Source: an uncultured Bacteroidales bacterium (GTDB lineage Bacteria; Bacteroidota; Bacteroidia; Bacteroidales; ML635J-15). From it: a DNA stretch of 60,583 nt. The notes under the pieces were generated by a model. It had not been told where the DNA came from, ran no database searches, and saw nothing but the letters and a program-made list of their open reading frames with translations. Location: NCBI GenBank assembly GCA_964418565.1, contig CAYQMB010000004.1:1-60583 (forward strand), given 5' to 3'. Both the position numbers and the translations under genes were made by a program. Of this stretch, positions 1 to 8,942 are shown piece after piece. Position 1 is the first letter of the stretch, and each line of letters starts with the position of its first letter.

Positions 1-713
1 TCAGGTATAAGATTAAACCTGACTGACATATCCGCCGCTTGACGGAAAGGATCATAGGCAGACAGGTGAAACCCATGCTGCAATAGCTGAGATATACGCC
101 GAACACCGTTCCTGCCTGCCTCCGATGGTAATACCGATTAAACATCAAAATGCTGATACAATTCATTTTATACTATTTTGACCTAATAAATATTCGTTTG
201 AACTATTTGTATAATTATCGGCATTAACCATTGTAGTTTTAGGATTTCTTTGTCAATCATCCTGAAACACAATTGGTATAACCCGGCAGCACTTCTTTTC
301 CTGAATTTATACCGTGCAGTCATTTGCGTGCGCTGCAGTTGCATGCTGTACTGGCATGATATGCAGTATGTTTTTATTTATATGCGGAATTTCTCGTGTG
401 TAATTGCGAATGAATTACCTGATTGATGAATACAAAATCTGCAAAAATTATAAAAATAGTTACACAAAGTCGCAAAAACAAAATTTCGGTGAAAGCGAAA
501 TGCAGTAATGGCTGGTAAAAGTATAACAAAAGATTGTAAATTATGGCGTTGCAGGCTTTGGTGGCTTGCTTGTTGATGTTTAAGTGTTGTTGAAAATGAA
601 TAAAAAGATCAAAATAAAAATAAAAAAGATAAAATTTAGTATAACAAGGTATCAAAAAGTTTGAAAAGGTATATATGTGTTGTATATTTATAGGGAAGTA
701 AATTGGGAAGCTT

Positions 714-3700
714 ATGAGATATTTTATAGGTGTAATTGCCTTTGTTTTTACATTCAGTTATGCAACAGCGCAAGTGGGAGAGGTGATTCCAAAAAGTTTG
801 GATGCACAGTCTGTATCAGTTGATACTATGCCTTCATTATACGTTAAATCCGCGCCCGATGGTATAACTAAGGCCAGGTTTGTTTTGCCCGAATTGGAAA
901 TGAATATCCCGGAAATGGATTCAGACTCGAAAGCATATCCACCCTGTACAAACCTTTTTGTTTCCTGGGATGCCTGTTCCCCCGTGCCATATGAAACTGA
1001 TATGGTGTATTTTGATGTATGTCAGGGTGATATAATTCACTTCGATGCAACTGCTTCCTGCGATGAGTGCGATGGTAGCGTGGATTATACCTGGAAAATT
1101 AATAGTTATGACGGAAATGGTCCCATCGAATATACGGCGGATGTCTTAGATTTTTTAGTTGAGGAGGGCACAGGCTACGATGGTGTTCTTGAAATAACAG
1201 GAAATAATTGCATGTCTGAAATTCCTTTCCGTATCCGTGCTTCTTCAGGACCTGTAATTCATTCTGTGTCAGCAGATATTTCAGGTTGCATTGGGAATCC
1301 CACCGAAGTAAATGCCGGTGGCCCGGGATGTGATATTGAAATGACTGATTTCTATGGTGAAACATCTGCCAGCCTTGGCGTAGGCGAGTTGACATTTATT
1401 CCCGACGGACCAAATTGCACGGAACAATGCTATGAATCCAGTGTTACCTTTACTGACTTTCCCATCAATTCAGAAATCAATAGTGCAGAGGATGTTAAAT
1501 ACCTTCGGATGAATTTCGAACACTCATTCATTGGAGATATTCAGATTTCCCTTGTCGGACCTGAGGGCTGTGGCGAAGTTATTATTCTCGAAGATTTTTT
1601 CACCTTAAGTCAGGGCGGACTTGATGATATGACCTATGAGTGGCCCCACATGAGCAATTCAAACTATGTGCGCATTGGCTTCGGGGCCTCCAATACTGAA
1701 GATTTAGAAGATCCTTCTGACCCATGTGATGATGCAGATGAAGTAAATCTGCCGGGTGAAGGGTGGGATTATTGCTGGTCAAACAGTGCTGAATACAGCT
1801 ATGCAAATGAAAATGCCTGGGTGTACGAAGCTGAAAATATGTCCGAATATGGTACAACCCCTCTTTACAGAGTAAATCCCTCTGATGTGGCCGGTGAAAG
1901 CAATTTTTATCATCCCCATCAGGGATTCGATGGTTTGATAGGTTGCCCCCTTAATGGTGAATGGACAATAAAGGTCTGCGACTCATGGAAAATTGATAAC
2001 GGCTGGATCTTTGAATGGGAACTTGCTCTTGACCCGGAACTTTTACCGGAGAACTGGAGTTACAATCCTGAAATTGATTACATCGACTGGGATCTGGGAA
2101 CTGATGCTACTATCGGGTTTGTATCCGGCGGTGGAACAGAGCCAATGGTTTATAACCTGACACCGGAAACAAATCTTCCGGATGGTGACAATCCCTGTTC
2201 AGGCAGTTTTACCGTGTATGACGTTTTTGGATGTAGCAGCACGGCAGGCATAGACTACATGGTTTCAAGTCCCCCTTTTATTAGTAGTATGCAGGATGAT
2301 GATTATGTATGGAATGGATACAATAACTCTGAATGGGATAATTCAACCGATAGCAACTGGCTTGTACGCAGCGGTACCGGATACAGCAATTCTGCTCTGA
2401 CACCCACCGAAACGGATAATGTATACATCGTTAATTATTGTGATGACAGCAATCAGCCGGAAATTATTGATGATGTTGCCTGTCATAACCTAAGCGTGTA
2501 TTCATCATGCACTCTGGCTGTTGAGGGAAATAACTGGCTTGAGGTAAAAGGTGATTTTTCCAATACCGGCTCTTTTATAGCAAATCAGAGTGAGGTGTTT
2601 TTTAATGGTAGCGCAGAGCAGATCATTAACACAAATGGGGATCCTTTCTATAATCTGACTATAAACAATTCTGGTCCGGGCCTTAACCTCATTGATGACC
2701 TTTGGGTTAAAAGCAAACTATGGATGTTGAGTGGAGATATTGAATCCAACGAGCATCTCTTAACCATCGGAACTTCAGAATTTAACCCCGGATTGCTTGA
2801 ATATACAGATGGCGTCGTATACGGACCGGTAAAACGGTGGTTCTCAGCGTCCGTATGCAGCGGCAATGAAACAGGACTGTTCCCCATCGGATTTGCTTCG
2901 GCAAACACCTCATACCTGCCGGTTTTACTTGAATACCAGACAGCGCCGGAGCAAGGAGGCAGCATTACGGCAGATTTTGTCAATGAAGATATGGGTGACT
3001 TGCTTAGCCCTGTAATTATCCCCGAAACAGATGAATGCAGTGCCTTTTCGGTACAAACGCTCTGCGGCCTCGGGTATTGGTTTTTTACCACCAGTGACGG
3101 ATTCAGTGGCGGTACATACGATATCACAATTTATCCTTATGGCATACCGGTTATCAATGACTTGTGTGGCCTAACTGCTCTTAAGCGGTCTGTAGATGCA
3201 TGGGAGGCAGAAGGGACACACGTAAAACCATCCGGAACAACACTGCAACCGGTCATCAGGCGTACAGGCATAACCACAGGCTTCAGCGACTGGGGCCTTG
3301 CCGGTAGCGGAGCCAATGATTTGCCGGTTGAACTTGTGGATTTTAATGCCAGATGTCAAAATAATCAGGTTTTCGTTTCATGGGTTACTGCATCCGAAGT
3401 AAACAACAATTTCTTCACACTTGAACGAAGCATTGATGGTAACACGTTCGATGCAATTGCTATCCTTGATGGCTATGGTACCACAAATACAACAAACAAA
3501 TACGCCTATGTGGATGCGGAACCCGTGGAACGAAATGTTTATTACCGGTTAACTCAGACGGATTTCGATGGTAAAACTCAGGTTTCAGATGTTATCGAAT
3601 GCTCTTGCAATGCCCGTAGCATTAATGATGTTAAGATATCACCAAATCCCTTTACGCACGAAATAACGATAGATTTGATTGAACTTACCGATAAGTGCGT

Positions 3701-3869
3701 AAACCTCAGACTCAAAGATCTGGCAGGGAGAACAGTGATGGTTAAACAAATCCCTGGAGGTTGCAGGCATTTTACACTTGACAGGTTGGAAAAACTACAG
3801 TCAGGTACCTACATATTAAGCATACAAAACAATACCCATACCCACAACGAACGCATAGTAAAACAATGA
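714..3869 (+). CDS. T9SS type A sorting-domain protein with proprotein-convertase P-like domain
   Basis: Signal peptide MRYFIG...ATAQ; P-domain-like segments (YLRMNFEHSFIGDIQISLVGP; PLNGEWTIKVCDSWKIDNGWIFEW); LPVELVDFNA...WVTASEVNNNFFTLERS module; C-terminal ISPNPF...SGTYILSI T9SS CTD. Confidence 0.85.
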   Translation: MRYFIGVIAFVFTFSYATAQVGEVIPKSLDAQSVSVDTMPSLYVKSAPDGITKARFVLPELEMNIPEMDSDSKAYPPCTNLFVSWDACSPVPYETDMVYFDVCQGDIIHFDATASCDECDGSVDYTWKINSYDGNGPIEYTADVLDFLVEEGTGYDGVLEITGNNCMSEIPFRIRASSGPVIHSVSADISGCIGNPTEVNAGGPGCDIEMTDFYGETSASLGVGELTFIPDGPNCTEQCYESSVTFTDFPINSEINSAEDVKYLRMNFEHSFIGDIQISLVGPEGCGEVIILEDFFTLSQGGLDDMTYEWPHMSNSNYVRIGFGASNTEDLEDPSDPCDDADEVNLPGEGWDYCWSNSAEYSYANENAWVYEAENMSEYGTTPLYRVNPSDVAGESNFYHPHQGFDGLIGCPLNGEWTIKVCDSWKIDNGWIFEWELALDPELLPENWSYNPEIDYIDWDLGTDATIGFVSGGGTEPMVYNLTPETNLPDGDNPCSGSFTVYDVFGCSSTAGIDYMVSSPPFISSMQDDDYVWNGYNNSEWDNSTDSNWLVRSGTGYSNSALTPTETDNVYIVNYCDDSNQPEIIDDVACHNLSVYSSCTLAVEGNNWLEVKGDFSNTGSFIANQSEVFFNGSAEQIINTNGDPFYNLTINNSGPGLNLIDDLWVKSKLWMLSGDIESNEHLLTIGTSEFNPGLLEYTDGVVYGPVKRWFSASVCSGNETGLFPIGFASANTSYLPVLLEYQTAPEQGGSITADFVNEDMGDLLSPVIIPETDECSAFSVQTLCGLGYWFFTTSDGFSGGTYDITIYPYGIPVINDLCGLTALKRSVDAWEAEGTHVKPSGTTLQPVIRRTGITTGFSDWGLAGSGANDLPVELVDFNARCQNNQVFVSWVTASEVNNNFFTLERSIDGNTFDAIAILDGYGTTNTTNKYAYVDAEPVERNVYYRLTQTDFDGKTQVSDVIECSCNARSINDVKISPNPFTHEITIDLIELTDKCVNLRLKDLAGRTVMVKQIPGGCRHFTLDRLEKLQSGTYILSIQNNTHTHNERIVKQ

Positions 3870-3877
3870 TACTTCGT

Positions 3878-3954
3878 CAATTACCAGGCATCCCCTATCT
3901 ACTCCTGCCTTTCTGCTTCCCCTCTTGGAAATCACGATGAGTCCCTGGTAATTG
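3878..3954. repeat. 77-nt element bounded by perfect 11-bp inverted repeat
   Basis: CAATTACCAGG (3878-3888) and CCTGGTAATTG (3944-3954) are exact reverse complements. Confidence 0.6.
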
Positions 3955-3972
3955 CCTTTGTTTTTAAAACAA

Positions 3973-4006
3973 AAAACCCCGGTTTCTGAGACCGGGGTTT
4001 TATTTT
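3973..4006. terminator. Bidirectional intrinsic terminator between convergent genes
   Basis: AAAACCCCGGT-ttctgag-ACCGGGGTTTT with A/T tracts on both sides. Confidence 0.85.
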
Positions 4007-4020
4007 ATGCTTACTTATAA

Positions 4021-5397
4021 TTACGCTTTTTTAAGCTCAACCGTAAAGTGACGCATGATGGGGGCTTCCCATGTAATTTTATAGCCACTGGTGATTTCAT
4101 TGCGACGATCGAATACGTTTTTTAAAGCTACTGCAATCACATCCATGTGGTTTTGTGTATAAACCCGGCGTGGAATGGCCAGCCTCAGCAATTCCAGATC
4201 AGGGTAACGGTTTTTACGGGTTTTCGGGTCGCGGTCGGCTAATAGTGTGCCGATTTCAACACCACGTATTCCGGCTTCAAGATAAAGCTCAATGCCCAGT
4301 GTTTGTGCCTGTAGTTGTTCCTTTGGAACGTTGCAAAGCACTTTTTTGGCATCCACAAAAATGGCATGGCCGCCAATGGGTTGCTGAATCGGAACGCCAT
4401 ATTCGATCAGTTTGTTGCCCAGGTATTCCACCTGTTTGATGCGGGTTTCCAGGTAATTAAATTCAGTGCTTTCGTCCAGACCAACAGCCAGAGCGCTCAT
4501 ATCACGTCCTGACATACCGCCATACGTTACATAGCCTTCAAACATAATGTTGAAAGTGGATGCCTGACGATGCAGTTCCTTGTCGCGCATACCAATAAAG
4601 CCACCCATGTTGACGAGTCCGTCTTTTTTCGAGCTCATGGTCATCATGTCAGCGTACTGGTACATTTCGCGCACAATCTCCTTGATGCTTTTGTCGGAAT
4701 ATCCGTTTTCACGCAATTTGATGAAATACGCATTTTCTGCAAAACGAGCAGAGTCGAACATAGTAGGTATGCCGTATTTCTGACTCAATTCATAAACGGC
4801 TTTCAGGTTTTCGACGCTAACAGGTTGGCCTCCGCTTGAATTGCAGGTAACAGTAACACAAACAAAAGGTATTTTTTCTTTGGGGTAGGTTTTAAACACC
4901 TGCTCAAGCTTCTCAAGATCAATATTGCCTTTAAACGGATGCTCTGCAGTGGTGTCAAAGGCCTCATCAATGGTACAGTCAATAGCTGTAGCTTTGCGGA
5001 ATTCAATATGGCCTTTAGTGGTATCAAAATGCGAATTGCCGGGAATGACATCACCTTCTTTAACCAACACGCTGAACAATACATTTTCTGCAGCACGACC
5101 CTGGTGTGTCGGTAGCATATAAGGAAAACCTAAAATGCGTTCAATGGTGTCTTTCAGTTCGTAATAGGAGCGCGCACCAGCATAGCTTTCGTCGCCCATC
5201 ATCAAAGCAGACCACTGGCGATCACTCATGGCACCGGTACCGCTGTCGGTTAGCAGATCAATAAATACCTGATTGCTTTTTAAATTGAATAAATTGTAAT
5301 TGGCTTCTTTAATCCATGTTGCACGTTCCTCACGGGTACTTTTCCGTAAGGGTTCAACCATTTTAATTTTATACGATTCTGAGAATGGTAAATCCAT
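4021..5397 (-). CDS. tnaA: Tryptophanase (beta-eliminating lyase)
   Basis: IDLLTDSGTGAMS, GDESYAG, PLP-lysine motif SSKKDG, C-terminal MRHFT. N-terminus MDLPFSESYKIKMVEP resembles Bacteroides TnaA. Start moved from TTG 5427 to ATG 5397. Confidence 0.88.
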   Translation of the reverse strand: MDLPFSESYKIKMVEPLRKSTREERATWIKEANYNLFNLKSNQVFIDLLTDSGTGAMSDRQWSALMMGDESYAGARSYYELKDTIERILGFPYMLPTHQGRAAENVLFSVLVKEGDVIPGNSHFDTTKGHIEFRKATAIDCTIDEAFDTTAEHPFKGNIDLEKLEQVFKTYPKEKIPFVCVTVTCNSSGGQPVSVENLKAVYELSQKYGIPTMFDSARFAENAYFIKLRENGYSDKSIKEIVREMYQYADMMTMSSKKDGLVNMGGFIGMRDKELHRQASTFNIMFEGYVTYGGMSGRDMSALAVGLDESTEFNYLETRIKQVEYLGNKLIEYGVPIQQPIGGHAIFVDAKKVLCNVPKEQLQAQTLGIELYLEAGIRGVEIGTLLADRDPKTRKNRYPDLELLRLAIPRRVYTQNHMDVIAVALKNVFDRRNEITSGYKITWEAPIMRHFTVELKKA

Positions 5398-5457
5398 AAT
5401 ATAATCTTGTTTTATAATGTTTGACAAATGAGAATACGGTATTTCTGCTAAAGTATG

Positions 5458-5538
5458 TTACGCAGAAAAACTGTCCCGCTTTTTGATGTTGCGGAAAATG
5501 GCTTTTGAAGTTAGTCGTATGATACGTTTACTTGTCAT
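5458..5538 (-). CDS. Putative 26-aa leader peptide (uORF) upstream of tnaA: MTSKRIIRLTSKAIFRNIKKRDSFSA
   Basis: ATG at 5538, TAA at 5458-5460; lies between a TATATTTG promoter element and the tnaA start. Manually translated. Confidence 0.4.
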   Translation of the reverse strand: MTSKRIIRLTSKAIFRNIKKRDSFSA

Positions 5539-5557
5539 TCAATATCATTTACTTAAA

Positions 5558-5565
5558 CAAATATA
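5558..5565 (-). promoter_or_regulatory. Bacteroidetes -7 promoter element (TATATTTG) for the uORF-tnaA transcript
   Basis: Matches TAnnTTTG consensus; correctly oriented. Confidence 0.55.
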
Positions 5566-5768
5566 AGAATAATATTTCAATCCGGACAGGATAAAAACCT
5601 TTTCTTCAACATCTGTTTTGTAAGCGGTGGATGGGGAAATTCTTGCAGCAATCAACGAATGATTGTTATTAAAAACCCAAAAACCGGCTTGTTTTGCATG
5701 TCCGCAGCCGCTATTTTTGTTTCAGGAATTTTTAAACGGATGTATGTCCGGTATTTAAATGTTGAAAC

Positions 5769-6695
5769 ATGAAGCTGATGCGTCATAGAATTCTAAGTGG
5801 TTTTTGTTTGTTTGCTTTGTTTGTGATATTGTCCTGGCCTGTTTTTGCTCAGGAGGAAACTGACAGTACAGTAACCGATTACTGGGAAATTGGTGGAATC
5901 GGAAACCTCAATGTTAACCAGGGGTATCTGTCCAACTGGGTTGAAGGTGGTGAAAGCTCCATCAATGCTACATGGGCTCTTAACCTAAACGCCAATTACA
6001 AAAAGGGAGACGCCGCGTGGGATAATTTTGCCAAATGGAAATACGGTGTGCTGAAATCCGGTGAGCGTGATTTGCGTAAGAACGAAGATAAGTTTGAGTT
6101 TGGATCAAAATTCGGGTATAACGCATCAAAAAGATGGTACTATTCAGGCCTGCTGAATCTGAAATCCCAGTTGTTTAACGGGTATAATTACCCCAACGAT
6201 TCCATGCCTGTGTCGGCATTTATGGCACCAGGAAACCTGGTTGCCTCGGTGGGTATGGATTACAAACCACATTCCAAATTTAATATTCTGCTTTCACCAT
6301 TGTCAATGAAGGTTACGGTTGTATACGATACGGTAAATATCGATCAGACAAAATACGGACTTGAAGAAAATCAGTGGTTTAAAGGTGAAGTTGGTGGGTA
6401 TATTACTGCCAACTGGGAAGCCGACCTTCATGAAAACATTTTGATGAATAACAAGATAGAGCTTTTCTCCTCATACCTTAATCACCCTGAAAACATCGAT
6501 GTTGACTGGCAGTTATCCATTGTGTTTAAAGCTACAGAGTTTATATCCACAACCATTTCTACGCATCTTATCTATGATGATGATATCGAAATTCCAAAAT
6601 ACGATATGGTGGATGGCGAAGTGCAGCAGGTAGGGGTGACCCGCGCTATTCAGTTTAAAGAGATGCTGAGCATTGGATTTTCCTATAAATTTTAA
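5769..6695 (+). CDS. DUF3078 family outer-membrane beta-barrel protein
   Basis: Signal peptide; QGYLSNWVEGGES; RKNEDKFEFGSKFGY; alternating beta-strand pattern; terminal aromatic SIGFSYKF. Confidence 0.8.
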   Translation: MKLMRHRILSGFCLFALFVILSWPVFAQEETDSTVTDYWEIGGIGNLNVNQGYLSNWVEGGESSINATWALNLNANYKKGDAAWDNFAKWKYGVLKSGERDLRKNEDKFEFGSKFGYNASKRWYYSGLLNLKSQLFNGYNYPNDSMPVSAFMAPGNLVASVGMDYKPHSKFNILLSPLSMKVTVVYDTVNIDQTKYGLEENQWFKGEVGGYITANWEADLHENILMNNKIELFSSYLNHPENIDVDWQLSIVFKATEFISTTISTHLIYDDDIEIPKYDMVDGEVQQVGVTRAIQFKEMLSIGFSYKF

Positions 6696-6719
6696 CATCT
6701 GAATAAAACCGAGAAACAT

Positions 6720-7008
6720 GTCAGGTCGGCATGATTCGGAGGTATAGCGTTAAATCAAACTGTATTCCTTTGATGCGTGAATGCCTGGCAGATTTGCGAT
6801 TAAGTAACCTGTCACCGAAGGGCAGACATTTCGCGTAAGGTGGGCGGCTGATAGCTGGAGCCGGCTGTGAGCATGCTGCTGTGTGGCAGCAAAAGCGACC
6901 GGAGGCTGTGCCCGGCAAAGTGGTAACGAAGCCGGGAAGCTCTTTGCCGTCACCATCAGCAGCGTGAACGGCAGGCTGCACTAAAAGCCAGACACCGACG
7001 CTTTTTTT
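6720..7008 (+). ncRNA. Candidate structured non-coding RNA, family not recognised; strand uncertain
   Basis: GC-rich intergenic island with many helices, e.g. 6875-6879/6886-6890, 6911-6916/6931-6936, 6913-6920/6942-6949, 6839-6848/6946-6954. Ends in an AGCGT...ACGCT hairpin plus T7. Overlapping ORFs do not look protein-like. Confidence 0.4.
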
Positions 7009-7077
7009 GAACTGGAATAATAGCTTTACGAAAGTTCCAAACTTTCGTAAAGCTATTATTCCAGTTCTGAAAAAGCG
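6999..7077. repeat. Long palindrome: perfect 28-bp arms, 3-nt loop, extendable to about 38 bp
   Basis: 7009-7036 is the exact reverse complement of 7040-7067. Outer CGCTTTTT/AAAAAGCG pairs after one mismatch and one G-T pair. Confidence 0.9.
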
Positions 7078-7201
7078 ATACGCCCACATCATGTAAATCT
7101 TTCGCATCGTTCTATGGCATCTGGTTTCTTTTAAAAATCTGTTGTCAATGGCCTGGGAAAATATCCTGAATGATTTAATCATGTAGCTTCTGATAATTGT
7201 T

Positions 7202-7209
7202 TAGATTTG
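7202..7209 (+). promoter_or_regulatory. -7 promoter element (TAGATTTG) for pdxK-HAD
   Basis: TAnnTTTG match 28 nt before ATG 7237. Confidence 0.55.
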
Positions 7210-7236
7210 CAAAAACACGTTTCTAAATATCGAATT

Positions 7237-8106
7237 ATGATAAAACCCGTTCAGAAAATAGCAGCCATCCACGATCTCTCTGGTGTTGGAAGGGTTTCGC
7301 TTTCTGCCATATTTCCCGTATTTTCAAGCATGGGCATACAGGTGTGCGCGCTGCCTACAGCCGTATTGTCGTCGCATACGCAGTATCCTGGCGTCCGGCA
7401 CATAAGTCTGGATGATCAGATGAGAGAATTTATTAAGCACTGGAAGGAGCTTGATGTGGAATTTGATGCCATTTACAGCGGATATCTTGGCAATGCCGGT
7501 CAGATTGATATTGTGCGGGGATTTATTGATGATTTCCGAAAAGACAATCAGCTTGTGGTGGTGGATCCGGTGATGGCCGATAACGGGAAATTGTACTCTA
7601 CCTTTACATGCGAGCTGGTTTCTGAGATGCGCCGCCTGATTGAAAAAGCAGATGTGATTACACCAAATTTGACAGAAGCGGCTTTTTTGCTTGATGAAGA
7701 ATGGGATATCAATATGTCCATTGATAAGGCAAAAGACTGGGCGCTGAGGCTTGCTGACAAAGGCCCCGGAATTGTTATTATCACATCAGTGCCTGAAGAA
7801 AATAACCATAAAACCGCCGCCATAGCTTATCACAGAAAAACACAGCGTTTTTGGAAAGTGTCCATCGAATACCTGCCGGCATCATATCCCGGTACGGGGG
7901 ATACCTTTACATCGGTGGTGACAGCCGCTCTGTTGCAGGGTGATAGTCTGCCCATTGCCATGGATCGTGCTGTGAATTTCATCAACATCGGGGTGAGGGC
8001 AACCTTTGGACACGATTACGACCCCCGGGAAGGCATTATGCTTGAACGTGTGTTGCATACCCTGGATGGTCCTGTTCAGTCGAGTTCTTATCAACTAATG
8101 GATTGA
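7237..8106 (+). CDS. pdxK: Pyridoxamine/pyridoxal kinase (PfkB/ribokinase fold)
   Basis: AAIHDLSGVGRVSL, LPTAVLSSHTQY, VDPVMADNG, ITPNLTEA, anion hole GTGD. Start moved to ATG 7237. Confidence 0.85.
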   Translation: MIKPVQKIAAIHDLSGVGRVSLSAIFPVFSSMGIQVCALPTAVLSSHTQYPGVRHISLDDQMREFIKHWKELDVEFDAIYSGYLGNAGQIDIVRGFIDDFRKDNQLVVVDPVMADNGKLYSTFTCELVSEMRRLIEKADVITPNLTEAAFLLDEEWDINMSIDKAKDWALRLADKGPGIVIITSVPEENNHKTAAIAYHRKTQRFWKVSIEYLPASYPGTGDTFTSVVTAALLQGDSLPIAMDRAVNFINIGVRATFGHDYDPREGIMLERVLHTLDGPVQSSSYQLMD

Positions 8107-8942
8107 TGCTTATGAAAGATAATCTGCCTGCTCTTTTAGCGCTTGATTACGATGGTACCCTGGCACAAACCAACGGCAGGGTGGGGGAAACTGAAATTTC
8201 CGCTCTGGAAAAACTGGGCAAATCCGGGATTGTTCGGGTTGTTGCCACCGGACGCAGCCTTTTTTCAGCCGATGAAGTTATGCAGGCCGGGTTGCCAATT
8301 GACTACCTGGTGTTTTCCAGCGGCGTTGGCATTATGCACTGGCCGGACCGCAGCCTTCTAGCCAAAAATGGTCTGGATGTGGACGTAGCAGTTCAGATTA
8401 TTGATTTTCTGAGAACCAGCGACCTGAGTTTTATGGTACACCATCCGGCGCCGTTGAATCACCATTTCTATTACCGTGAGGGAAAAGCCCAAAACCCGGA
8501 TTTTCACCGCCGGATTGAACGGTACAGCGGTTTTGCACTCCCGCTGAAATCCGTTACGGAGTTTTCAGGTATATCCCAGCTACTGGTGGTGCTGGAACAA
8601 GACGGCCTGCATTGGCTGGATAAACTCAGAACACAGTTTCCTGATGTGAATGTCGTGCGCACAACCTCCCCGCTTGACCACAACAGCATGTGGATAGAGA
8701 TATTTCCCAAGCATGTATCCAAAGCCAGTGGGTTGATTTACCTGGCCGACAAACTTGGCATCAGTCACGATGACATCTGGTGCGTTGGCAACGATTACAA
8801 CGATATTGATATGCTGCGCTTCGGCGGGCAGTCGTGGGTGGTGAATGATGCCCCAAACGACCTGAAACTGGAGTTTAACTGCATTGGCGGAGCATCTGAA
8901 ACCGGAGTAGGGGAGCTGCTGGCTGCCTTGGCAGAGCGTTAG
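8106..8942 (+). CDS. Cof-type HAD-IIB hydrolase (phosphatase)
   Basis: Motif I LDYDGTL, motif II VATGR, SKASG, GNDYNDIDM. ATG overlaps the pdxK stop (TGATG), suggesting translational coupling. Confidence 0.85.
   Translation: MLMKDNLPALLALDYDGTLAQTNGRVGETEISALEKLGKSGIVRVVATGRSLFSADEVMQAGLPIDYLVFSSGVGIMHWPDRSLLAKNGLDVDVAVQIIDFLRTSDLSFMVHHPAPLNHHFYYREGKAQNPDFHRRIERYSGFALPLKSVTEFSGISQLLVVLEQDGLHWLDKLRTQFPDVNVVRTTSPLDHNSMWIEIFPKHVSKASGLIYLADKLGISHDDIWCVGNDYNDIDMLRFGGQSWVVNDAPNDLKLEFNCIGGASETGVGELLAALAER

Noticed and set aside
84-140. TPP riboswitch-like fragments (GCTGAGATATAC, GGTAATACC)
   Set aside because: The P4/P5 consensus (CCTGATC..GCG.AGGG) and upstream GGGG are missing, the spacing is wrong, and no thiamine gene follows.
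300-380. Cluster of TGCA/GCATG mini-palindromes
   Set aside because: Stems are 5 bp or shorter with no consistent period; plausible by chance.
374-655. 93-aa minus-strand ORF and the many short ORFs antisense or nested within long genes (e.g. 2648-3127, 17073-17648, 42323-42859, 54056-54646)
   Set aside because: AT-rich low-complexity or shadow frames of well-supported CDSs, with no motifs.
3871-3954. Hammerhead-like words (GATGAGTC and GACGAA)
   Set aside because: They lie on opposite strands and the CUGA core is incomplete.
6715-7000. SRP (CATGTCAGGTC), glycine (CACCGAAGG), cobalamin (GGGAAG, AGCCAG), tmRNA or group II intron D5 identity for the structured island
   Set aside because: Only isolated short words match; required partners (GGAAGGAAGCAGC, GGAGA/CTCAGG, AGGGAA..GGTG, tRNA-like ends with tag ORF, CGGTTC) are absent.
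6721-7182. 153-aa minus-strand ORF
   Set aside because: No recognisable motif, atypical composition, and it runs through a perfect palindrome; likely a by-product of GC-rich sequence.
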